From Rhodospirillaceae bacterium (GTDB taxonomy: Bacteria; Pseudomonadota; Alphaproteobacteria; Rhodospirillales; JABJKH01): 64,000 nt of DNA. Below, in pieces: positions 1 through 8,436 of the stretch; the first letter of the stretch is position 1; every line of letters begins with the position of its first letter. The stretch is from NCBI GenBank assembly GCA_018660465.1, contig JABJKH010000041.1, forward strand, positions 6,650 through 70,649, in the 5' to 3' direction. The notes under the pieces were generated by a model that ran no database searches, was not told the DNA's origin, and saw only the letters and a list, made by a program, of their open reading frames with translations. Position numbers and translations under genes: made by a program.

Positions 1-640
1 GCTGATGGCCCTGGCCTTGGCGGCAATGTTCTTCGCCAGTGCCCTCGCCGTGTTCCAGAACAACGTCAAACGCATGCTGGCCTATTCTTCGTTGGCGCAA
101 ATTGGCTATATGGTCTTAGGGATCAGCTTTGTCTCGACCATTGGATTAACCGGCGGCATCATCCATCTGTTCAACCATGCCCTCGTCAAGTGCGCGTTGT
201 TCATGGCGATGGGATGTATCTTCTTTAAAATCAATTCGGTGAACATCAACGACATGGCCGGGATCGCGAAAAAAATGCCAGTGACCATGGCGGCGTTTGT
301 GATTGCCGGGCTGGGTTTGGTTGGTGTCCCCTTAACTGTTGGTTTTGTTTCCAAGTGGTACCTGATCCAGGCGTCTTTGGAAAAAGGCTCTTGGTTGATC
401 GCAGCGTTGATTGTCGGCAGCTCCCTGCTGGCAGTCGTTTATATATGGCGGGTAGTCGAAGTCGCGTACTTTAAGAAACCTTTGGGTCGCCCCAAGAAAG
501 GCATCGCCGAAGCCCCTGCCAGCATGTTGGTGCCGTTGTGGGTCATGACCGCAGCATCGGTTTATTTCGGAATTAATGCGACGACCACGGCGAATGTCGC
601 GGGGGCTGCGGCCAAGGCGTTGTTAGGGGGCACACCGTGA
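1..640 (+). CDS. MrpD/NuoN-type proton-translocating antiporter subunit, C-terminal part (5' end lies outside the window)
   Basis: The ORF is open to the window edge. The translation is polytopic and hydrophobic, with the LAYSS.AQ.GY and FNHA..K motifs of the NuoL/M/N-MrpA/D family. Its stop overlaps the next start (GTGATG at 637-642). Confidence 0.8.
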   Translation, partial: LMALALAAMFFASALAVFQNNVKRMLAYSSLAQIGYMVLGISFVSTIGLTGGIIHLFNHALVKCALFMAMGCIFFKINSVNINDMAGIAKKMPVTMAAFVIAGLGLVGVPLTVGFVSKWYLIQASLEKGSWLIAALIVGSSLLAVVYIWRVVEVAYFKKPLGRPKKGIAEAPASMLVPLWVMTAASVYFGINATTTANVAGAAAKALLGGTP

Positions 641-2103
641 TGTCACCAGAAACCGCCATCCTGACCGCCGTCGCCCTGCCGCTTATCGGCAGCGCTGGAA
701 TTTTGCTAACGGGCAAAGCTCCAAACCTGCGCGAAGCGGTGACGCTGATCACCGGCGTCGTGCTTACCTACATCGTTGTTGGCGTGTTGTTGCCTGTCGT
801 CATGGCGGGCGGACGGCCTGAAGTTAGCTTAGGTGAAATTCTGCCAGGGCTGAGCATCGCCTTTGCGTTGGAACCCTTGGGCATGATCTTCGCCTGCGTC
901 GCCAGTTTCCTTTGGGTGGTGACATCGATCTATTCCATCGGCTACATGCGTGGCCATCACGAAACCAACCAGACGCGGTTTTATTTCTTCTTCGCCGTCG
1001 CCATTTTCGCCGCTATGGGGCTGACGTTCTCCGGCAACATGCTGACGCTGTTTATTTTCTACGAAGTGCTGACGTTGAGCACTTTCCCGCTGGTCACCCA
1101 TGCGGGCACCGAAGATGCCAAGAAAGGCGGGCGGGTTTATTTAGGAATTCTCATTGGCTCCTCCATCGGCTTCTTGCTGGTCGCCATTATCTGGACCTAT
1201 GTCGCGGTTGGCACCTTGGACTTCAGCAAAGGTGGCATCTTGGAAAGCCATGTCAGCGATACGGTCGCGGGCGTTCTGCTGGCGCTCTACGTCTTCGGCA
1301 TTGGCAAGGCAGCCTTGATGCCGTTGCACCGTTGGTTGCCCGCCGCCATGGTCGCACCGACACCGGTCAGCGCGTTGCTACATGCGGTGGCCGTCGTGAA
1401 GGCGGGCGTGTTCACGGTTCTAAAAGTCACGATCTACATCTTCGGCATTGATTACCTGAAGGACATCGGCGTCAGTGAATGGCTGCAATATATGGCAGCG
1501 GCGACGATTATCTTGGCGTCCTTAGTCGCCATGACCAAAGACAATCTAAAAGCCCGGCTCGCCTATTCAACCGTATCGCAGCTGTCCTACATCGTGCTGG
1601 CGGCGATGTTGGTGACAGAGACCAGCATCATTGGCGGCGGCATGCACATTGTTACGCACGCATTCGGTAAGATCACCTTGTTCTTCTGTGCGGGTGCGAT
1701 CTTGGTTGCTGCCCACAAATCTGAAATCAGCACGATGCGGGGACTGGGCCGGGTTATGCCGCTGACGTTTATTGCGTTCTTTATCGGCAGTCTATCGATC
1801 ATCGGCCTGCCACCGTTCGGCGGACTATGGAGCAAGTGGTACATCGCCATCGGCGCGATGGAAGCGCAGCAGATTTTCTTCGTCGGCGTGCTGATGCTGA
1901 GTTCGCTATTGAATGTTGGTTATTTGCTGCCAATCCCCATCAGGGCCTTCTTTGGGCCGAAAGCGGTTATCAAGAATGCGAAGTATAAGGAAGCGCCGGT
2001 GGCGTGTTTAATTGCGATTGGAATTTCATCGATTGGGTGTGTGCTGCTGTTCTTCTACCCCAGTCAAATTTATGCCCTGTTAAAAACCATTATGGTGCCG
2101 TAG
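637..2103 (+). CDS. Monovalent cation/H+ antiporter subunit D family protein (NuoL/M/N-like)
   Basis: 488-aa polytopic membrane protein. Family motifs are present: WLPAAMVAPTPVSALLHA and LAYSTVSQLSYIV. It is translationally coupled to the upstream gene. Confidence 0.85.
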   Translation: MMSPETAILTAVALPLIGSAGILLTGKAPNLREAVTLITGVVLTYIVVGVLLPVVMAGGRPEVSLGEILPGLSIAFALEPLGMIFACVASFLWVVTSIYSIGYMRGHHETNQTRFYFFFAVAIFAAMGLTFSGNMLTLFIFYEVLTLSTFPLVTHAGTEDAKKGGRVYLGILIGSSIGFLLVAIIWTYVAVGTLDFSKGGILESHVSDTVAGVLLALYVFGIGKAALMPLHRWLPAAMVAPTPVSALLHAVAVVKAGVFTVLKVTIYIFGIDYLKDIGVSEWLQYMAAATIILASLVAMTKDNLKARLAYSTVSQLSYIVLAAMLVTETSIIGGGMHIVTHAFGKITLFFCAGAILVAAHKSEISTMRGLGRVMPLTFIAFFIGSLSIIGLPPFGGLWSKWYIAIGAMEAQQIFFVGVLMLSSLLNVGYLLPIPIRAFFGPKAVIKNAKYKEAPVACLIAIGISSIGCVLLFFYPSQIYALLKTIMVP

Positions 2104-2116
2104 TGGAGACCGACGC

Positions 2117-2371
2117 ATGAGCAATGCAAAAGAAAAGCACTGGCTTGTCCGACCGAAGACCATCCGTGGGTTGTGGATCGTTGGCCTCTTGGTATTGGCG
2201 GCACTGGCAATGGCGGACAAGTACATGCACGGCCACCCCAGCTTCGGGATCGACGGCACGTTTGGTTTTTATTCTTGGTACGGTCTCGTGGTTTGTGCGG
2301 CCATGGTCGTCTTCGCCAAGCTTCTCGGTTTCTTATTAAAGCGCCAGGACACTTATTATGATGAGCGGTGA
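2117..2371 (+). CDS. Small two-helix membrane protein embedded in the antiporter-like cluster
   Basis: 84-aa ORF with two hydrophobic segments. It sits between two MrpD-like genes and its 3' end overlaps the next start by 14 nt. No family was recognised. Confidence 0.5.
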   Translation: MSNAKEKHWLVRPKTIRGLWIVGLLVLAALAMADKYMHGHPSFGIDGTFGFYSWYGLVVCAAMVVFAKLLGFLLKRQDTYYDER

Positions 2372-4043
2372 TTTCCCCCCTGGCATTGTTCTGATCCTCG
2401 GCGCGTTCTTGCTGCCGTTTGTGGGGAAGACTCTGCGACCTGTCCTCATCCTCGGGCTGCCGCTGATTACGCTGGCACTGGTGTGGCGTCTGACGGATGG
2501 TGCCTCGGTTGTTGTGTCCCTGTTGCAATACGAACTCATCCTGGTACGAAGTGATTCACTCAGTCGACTTTTCGCGACGATTTTTTCCATCATGGCATTC
2601 GGCGGCGGGCTGTTCGCGCTTAAGCAAGAAAAGGTCTTGGAGTTGGTGGCGGCCTTCGTTTACGCCGGGTGCGCGATCAGTGTCGCCTTGGCTGGTGACC
2701 TAATAAGCCTGTTCGTCTATTGGGAAATTATGGCGGTGGCCTCCACCATGGTTGTGATTTCAGTTGGGGCGGCGAATTCAAACCGGACCGCGATGCGCTA
2801 TTTCCTCGTCCATATGTTCGGCGGTGCGCTTCTGATGACCGGCATTGTGATTCATATTGTTGATACCGGATCGACCGCGTTCGCCGCCATGGAACCAACC
2901 AGCATCGGCACCATGCTGATCTTGGCTGGGTTCTTGATCAACGCTGCAGCACCGCCGCTGTCGGCTTGGCTAGCCGACGCCTACCCTGAGGCCTCTTACA
3001 GCGGCACCGTCTTCCTTTCGGCCTTCACAACCAAGGCCGCGGTGTATGTCTTAATTCGCGGCTTCCCGGGCGCTGAGATTCTGATTTACGTTGGCGTGTT
3101 CATGATTTTCTACGGCATCATTTATGCCCTGCTGGAAAACGACATGCGGCGCATCCTCGCCTACAGCATTGTGAACCAGGTCGGCTTCATGGTGACGGCT
3201 GTAGGGATTGGGACGGAGATGGCGCTGAACGGTGCTGCCGCCCATGCCTTCACCCACATCATATATAAGGCGTTGTTGCTGATGTCGGCGGGGGCGGTGC
3301 TGTATCAAACCGGCAAGCGAAAATGTACCGACCTCGGTGGGTTGTTCCAGAGCATGCCGCTGACGATGATCTGTGGCGTCGTCGGCGCGCTTTCGATTTC
3401 ATCCTTCCCGTTAACGTCCGGCTTTATCAGCAAGTCGATGATCAGTCAGGCGGCCTCCGATGAAAAGATGTTCCTCGTTTGGATGCTGTTGATGGCGGCT
3501 TCTGCAGGCGTGTTCCTGCATGCCGGCATTAAGTTTCCGTGGTTCGTCTTTTTCCAGAAAGATTCTGGATTACGTCCAAAAGACCCGCCCTGGAACATGC
3601 GCTTAGCGATGATCTTATTCTCAGGATTGTGCATCGGTCTCGGCATTTGGCCGGAGCCGCTTTATGCGATCCTGCCGTTCACGGTGAACTACGTTCCCTA
3701 TACGGTGCCGCATGTGGTCAATATGTTGCAGCTCTTGCTGTTCTCAGGCTTGGCGTTCTTCCTGATGCTGCCGATGATGAAACGAACGCTGACCATTTCG
3801 CTGGATGTTGATTGGCTCTATCGGAAGCTCTTGCCGGTGACGGCGCGGGAATTCGTGCGGATTTTCTCACCCTTGGACCGCTTTCTCCGCGACACGTTCA
3901 AGGGCTGGATCAAAATCATCATCCAAGGCGTGCAACGCCAAAACGGCCCCGAAGGCCTCCTCGCCCAAACAGAACACGCCGGACACATGGCACAGTGGAT
4001 GGTGGTGCTGCTGGCGGTGTATTTGGTGCTGAACTTTTTGTAG
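2358..4043 (+). CDS. Monovalent cation/H+ antiporter subunit D family protein (NuoL/M/N-like), long form
   Basis: 561-aa polytopic protein with the motifs WLADAYPEASYSGTVFLSAF and LAYSIVNQVGFMV, which are typical of MrpD/NuoM-like modules. Confidence 0.85.
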   Translation: MMSGDFPPGIVLILGAFLLPFVGKTLRPVLILGLPLITLALVWRLTDGASVVVSLLQYELILVRSDSLSRLFATIFSIMAFGGGLFALKQEKVLELVAAFVYAGCAISVALAGDLISLFVYWEIMAVASTMVVISVGAANSNRTAMRYFLVHMFGGALLMTGIVIHIVDTGSTAFAAMEPTSIGTMLILAGFLINAAAPPLSAWLADAYPEASYSGTVFLSAFTTKAAVYVLIRGFPGAEILIYVGVFMIFYGIIYALLENDMRRILAYSIVNQVGFMVTAVGIGTEMALNGAAAHAFTHIIYKALLLMSAGAVLYQTGKRKCTDLGGLFQSMPLTMICGVVGALSISSFPLTSGFISKSMISQAASDEKMFLVWMLLMAASAGVFLHAGIKFPWFVFFQKDSGLRPKDPPWNMRLAMILFSGLCIGLGIWPEPLYAILPFTVNYVPYTVPHVVNMLQLLLFSGLAFFLMLPMMKRTLTISLDVDWLYRKLLPVTAREFVRIFSPLDRFLRDTFKGWIKIIIQGVQRQNGPEGLLAQTEHAGHMAQWMVVLLAVYLVLNFL

Positions 4044-4103
4044 GGGCTTCCCTCCGCCGCCGTTCAATCTGGACATACCAACGTAAGTACGCTAACCGAG
4101 AAG

Positions 4104-4895
4104 GTGTTTCAAAGAGGCATAGTCGGGGTGGTATCTGTGAGCGACCGTTTGGCGGGGAAATCCATTGTGGTGACGGGGGGCGAAAGCGGGATTGGCCGTT
4201 CTATTGTCCTGCGTTGTCTGAGCGAAGGTGCGTCCGTTGTCATCGCGGGCCTTGATGAAGCTCAGATGTCAGAGACCTTAGCCGATTGCAAAGCAGCAGG
4301 TGCGGACGAACGCGTGCTGGGCGTGCCGACTGATGTGACGGACTCAGCACAGGTTCAAACCGCCATCGACAGCGCGGTCGAAAGCTTCGGCAGGCTAGAC
4401 GCCGCAATCGCCAACGCGGGTGTATTCACCACAGAAACAGCCTTCGGGGATTGGGACATCAAGGAACTAGAGCGCGTGATCGCGGTCAACCTGACGGGCG
4501 TGTTCTATGTTCTGCAATCCGCAGCCAAAGTGCTGATCGCGCAGGGCGAAGGCGGTAGCTTGATGGCGACGGGGTCGTCGACGGCGCTTCGTCCAGTCGC
4601 TGGTTTAATGCCTTATGTCATGAGCAAAGGTGGCGTTCATAATATGCTGCGCGGACTTGCCGTCGAACTGGCCCCGCACAAAATTAAAGTCAACACCATC
4701 GTGCCTGGTCTGGCGGAAACGAAGCCGGTGACCAGCGTGGAGGGTTATGTCGAGACCATGCTAAAAGCCATCCCGATGAATAAGATCGTCCAACCCGACG
4801 AGCTGGCCGCCTTCGTTGCCTTCGCCTTAAGTGACGAGGCCCCACACATGACCGGCACGTTGCTTAAAGTCGACGCTGGCCGGACATCGGCATAA
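4104..4895 (+). CDS. Short-chain dehydrogenase/reductase (SDR)
   Basis: Carries VVTGGESGIGRS (TGxxxGxG), NAG and YVMSKGG (YxxxK). The true start may be the GTG at 4137. Confidence 0.85.
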   Translation: MFQRGIVGVVSVSDRLAGKSIVVTGGESGIGRSIVLRCLSEGASVVIAGLDEAQMSETLADCKAAGADERVLGVPTDVTDSAQVQTAIDSAVESFGRLDAAIANAGVFTTETAFGDWDIKELERVIAVNLTGVFYVLQSAAKVLIAQGEGGSLMATGSSTALRPVAGLMPYVMSKGGVHNMLRGLAVELAPHKIKVNTIVPGLAETKPVTSVEGYVETMLKAIPMNKIVQPDELAAFVAFALSDEAPHMTGTLLKVDAGRTSA

Positions 4896-4907
4896 GGGGA
4901 ACACAGC

Positions 4908-5669
4908 ATGGGAACCTACGATCTTTCAGGCAAGACAGTCCTGGTCACCGGCGGCGAAACCGGGATCGGTCGGGCGATTGTTTTACGCACCCTCACCGAC
5001 GGGGCTAACGTCGCTGCGGCTGGGATCAATACGGAATTGCTGGATGAGACAGTAACCTTAGCGCGTGATGTTGGTCCGGCGGATCGGATGGCGGCACTGC
5101 CCGTTGATATTCGTGATGTAGACCAAGTGCAAAAGATGATCGACGATACGGTTGCGAAATTTGGCCGTCTTGATGCGGTCATCGCCAATGCCGGTGTCAT
5201 GGTGATGCGCCGCCCGTTTATCGAATTAACGCACGAGGAATGGCACAACGTCGTAGCGGTGAATCTATTGGGGACATTCCACACACTGCAGGCCGCAACC
5301 CGCGTTATGAAGGCACAAGGCGACGGCGGTGATCTGCTGGTGACAACATCATCGAACGCGGTCAGGGCGGGTCCCATGGCGTCGGCCTACGTCGCAACAA
5401 AAGGTGCCATTCAACATATGGTCCGCGCACTGGCCGTAGAGTTGGCCCCCGAGATGATCCGCGTCAACGCCATCGTCCCAGGGTTAACACAAACCCCAGG
5501 CACCCTCTCCCGCCCCGGTCATATTGAACGCAGCAAGAAGAACATACCGATGGGTGAAGTGATGATGCCGGAAGAACACGCCGCCCTGGTCGCTTTTGCC
5601 TTGAGTGGAGAAGCCCCCCACATGACCGGCACTGATTTGAAAATTGACGGTGGGCGCACGTCTGGTTGA
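4908..5669 (+). CDS. Short-chain dehydrogenase/reductase (SDR), paralog of the upstream gene
   Basis: Carries VTGGETGIGRA, NAG and YVATKGA. It aligns along its full length with the 4104-4895 product. Confidence 0.85.
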   Translation: MGTYDLSGKTVLVTGGETGIGRAIVLRTLTDGANVAAAGINTELLDETVTLARDVGPADRMAALPVDIRDVDQVQKMIDDTVAKFGRLDAVIANAGVMVMRRPFIELTHEEWHNVVAVNLLGTFHTLQAATRVMKAQGDGGDLLVTTSSNAVRAGPMASAYVATKGAIQHMVRALAVELAPEMIRVNAIVPGLTQTPGTLSRPGHIERSKKNIPMGEVMMPEEHAALVAFALSGEAPHMTGTDLKIDGGRTSG

Positions 5670-5698
5670 GCGTGTGTTGAACCAAGTCAGAGCCAATA

Positions 5699-6904
5699 AT
5701 GGAAGACAGCCCTATGCAGCCACTTCGCGGCCTGAAGGTTATTGACCTCAGCAAGATTTTTGCCGGTCCTCACTGTGCACAGTATTTAGGTGACCTCGGC
5801 GCTGATGTCATCAAGATAGAACCCGTGGTCGGCGGTGACGACATACGGCACTGGGCACCGCAGAAAGACGGACAGTCTGCAACCTTCCTGGCCTTCAACA
5901 GAAACAAGCGGTCTCTCGCGGTTGATCTGAAAACCGACGAAGGCCGCGCCATCGTGCAAGCGCTCATCAAAGATGCTGACATCGTGCTTCAAAGTTTTAA
6001 AGGCGGCACGGCCAAGAAGCTTGGCGTCGACTATGAAAGCCTAAGCGCCCTCAACCCAAAGCTGATCTATTGTGAAATTTCCGGCTTTGGTCAAGAAGGC
6101 CCCTTGGGCGGGCAGCCGGGATACGATGTCATGTTGCAAGCCTTTAGCGGCATGATCAGCACCATGGGCGAAGCCGATGGCCCCTACGCACGGGTCAGCT
6201 TTTCACCGGTCGATATGAGCACCGGCCTCATGGGTGTCATCGGCATTCTGGCTGCACTTCAAGAACGCAATTTAACCGGCAAGGGCAGCCATGTTGAGCT
6301 TTCGCTGTTGGATACGTCGATGTCGATGCTGGGGTATCTCGCGCAGAATTACTGGACCACGGGCAAGGCCCCGGAACGCATGGGCACGGCCCACCCTTCC
6401 CTCGCCCCCTATCAGGCCTTTAAGGCATCAGACGGCAGCCTGATGGTTGGCGCTGGGAATGATGCGCAATGGCGGCGGCTGTGTTCCTTGCTCGGGCTGG
6501 AGGCGTATGCGGACGATCCACGCTTTGCCACAAATCAATCCCGCGTGAAGAATCTCGGCGAAACCGCAAAGCTGGTTCAGGATGCGTTACGCGACAACCC
6601 GGTTCAGCACTGGCTGGATTTGTTCATGAAAGAGGGTATTCCCTGTGCGCCGATCCAAACGCTGGACGCTGCCCTGGCGCATCCGCAAGTCGCCGCACGC
6701 GGGATCGTCACGACCGCGCAGCACCCGACCCTGGGTGAGATAAACCAGATCGGGTTCCCCGTACGGTTCAATCATGAAGATCGCGCCAATCCTAAGTCCG
6801 CTCCATTGCATGGTCAGCACACAGCTGAAATACTCAAACAAGCGGGTTATGATCAGGACGCAATTGAGGATTTTCTCGCACGCGATATCGTGCGCGAAAG
6901 CTAG
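5699..6904 (+). CDS. Family III CoA-transferase (CaiB/BaiF type)
   Basis: The N-terminus LRGLKVIDLSKIFAGPHCAQYLGDLGADVIKIEP is the hallmark of the CaiB/BaiF family. Length is 401 aa. Confidence 0.85.
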   Translation: MEDSPMQPLRGLKVIDLSKIFAGPHCAQYLGDLGADVIKIEPVVGGDDIRHWAPQKDGQSATFLAFNRNKRSLAVDLKTDEGRAIVQALIKDADIVLQSFKGGTAKKLGVDYESLSALNPKLIYCEISGFGQEGPLGGQPGYDVMLQAFSGMISTMGEADGPYARVSFSPVDMSTGLMGVIGILAALQERNLTGKGSHVELSLLDTSMSMLGYLAQNYWTTGKAPERMGTAHPSLAPYQAFKASDGSLMVGAGNDAQWRRLCSLLGLEAYADDPRFATNQSRVKNLGETAKLVQDALRDNPVQHWLDLFMKEGIPCAPIQTLDAALAHPQVAARGIVTTAQHPTLGEINQIGFPVRFNHEDRANPKSAPLHGQHTAEILKQAGYDQDAIEDFLARDIVRES

Positions 6905-6919
6905 GACTGAACGGAAGTA

Positions 6920-7720
6920 ATGATGAGCAAAACATCCTTGGTTGACTATGCGGTTTCAGATCATGTCGCGGAAATTACTCTGAACCGTGCGCCGGTCAAC
7001 GCTTTCAGCATCGCTTTCCTGGATGAGATCCTTGCCGCCTTTCAACGCGCCGCGGACGATGAAAATGTGCGCGCGGTTATCCTGCGGAGTGCGCTGCCCA
7101 AAATATTCTGTGCCGGCCTTGATCTTGATATCTTGCTGGATAAGCCAATTCTTGAGGTCCGGTCCTTTCTGGAAAAACTCTACATCGACCTTTGGGACAC
7201 CCAATATGCCATGGGCAAGCCCACCATCGCTGTCGTCAACGGGGCCGCGCGCGGCGGCGGCATGACACTGGCGATTTCCTGCGATGTGATCTTAGCGTCG
7301 GATAACGCCACGTTCGGCTATCCGGAAATTGACCTGGGGCTCCTGCCCGCCATTCACTTTACACATCTACCCCGCATTGTTGGTCGCTATCGTGCATTTG
7401 AATTGTTGTTTAGCGGGCGCACCTTCCCCGCCAGTGAAGCGGCAGCCCTGGGCTTGATCAGCAGGATGGTTCCGAAGGATGAACTTCTATACGAAGCGAG
7501 AGAGATGGCACAGACATTTGCTAACAAGTCCCCCACTGCCATGCGCTTGGGCCGCGCTGCCTTTATGCGCACCAATGATCTAGATTACCGGCGCGGGGTC
7601 GCCGTTGCGGTTGAAGACTTTTGTAACAGTGCGATGACCCCAGACGCCCAGGAAGGATTGAAGGCGTTCTTAGAAAAGCGCGAAGCCAACTGGCAAAATA
7701 AGAAAGAGAACCAAGGGTGA
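6920..7720 (+). CDS. Enoyl-CoA hydratase/isomerase (crotonase fold)
   Basis: Crotonase signature regions are present: ITLNRAPVNAF, FCAGLDL and VNGAARGGGMTLAISCD. Confidence 0.85.
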   Translation: MMSKTSLVDYAVSDHVAEITLNRAPVNAFSIAFLDEILAAFQRAADDENVRAVILRSALPKIFCAGLDLDILLDKPILEVRSFLEKLYIDLWDTQYAMGKPTIAVVNGAARGGGMTLAISCDVILASDNATFGYPEIDLGLLPAIHFTHLPRIVGRYRAFELLFSGRTFPASEAAALGLISRMVPKDELLYEAREMAQTFANKSPTAMRLGRAAFMRTNDLDYRRGVAVAVEDFCNSAMTPDAQEGLKAFLEKREANWQNKKENQG

Positions 7721-8205
7721 CAAAAGACGACCCCGAATTTAACGTCAAACGAGATCACAAATATGGTGAAAGCCGGTATTTGGAAGACTTCACGGTTGGC
7801 GAGACTTTCTATATTCCATCCCGCACCATGACTGAGGCAATTTTCGCGGCCTTTCAGTTGGCATCCGGTGACAATGACCCGATTCACTACGATGTTGAAT
7901 ACTGCCAAGAGCGCGGCCACAAGAACCTATTGGCCCATGGCATGCAAATCTTTATCCAGACCGCCGCAGGTGCCGGCACCTTTCCCCATCAAGTGGCAGA
8001 CAGCTTGCTCGGACTGCTTGAATTTTCAGGCAAAATGCTTGAACCGGTATACGCTGGCGACACCGTCTACCCGCTTCTGACCGTAGCCGACATCTTACCG
8101 CAAACCACGACGGGCATTCTTACGCTGAATGCCGCCGTTTGGAACCAGGACAGCGTCAAAGTGTTCGACGGCACCCACAAATACCTGATCCGCAAACGAC
8201 CCTAG
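7717..8205 (+). CDS. MaoC-like (R)-specific dehydratase/hydratase (hotdog fold)
   Basis: 162 aa with SGDNDPIHYD (the MaoC hydratase motif region). Its GTG start overlaps the stop of the crotonase gene. Confidence 0.75.
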   Translation: MTKDDPEFNVKRDHKYGESRYLEDFTVGETFYIPSRTMTEAIFAAFQLASGDNDPIHYDVEYCQERGHKNLLAHGMQIFIQTAAGAGTFPHQVADSLLGLLEFSGKMLEPVYAGDTVYPLLTVADILPQTTTGILTLNAAVWNQDSVKVFDGTHKYLIRKRP

Positions 8206-8436
8206 AATTTGGATTAATATTCCCGCTGTTTCAAAGAAAGTGGCTGCCGGGTAATTTCCCAAATAAATTACTTGAATTTTACTTAGGAAATTACACATAG
8301 ATTTATGTGTCGGGGGGATGTGTGTCTGATCGACTAATAGTTGCCGGTCAATTTAGATTTCATTTGCCTCGAAGGTTGACCGGAAGACGCCGTTGGGTGG
8401 CTCATCCAAGGTTCACGAACGATTTGAGATTGGCGA

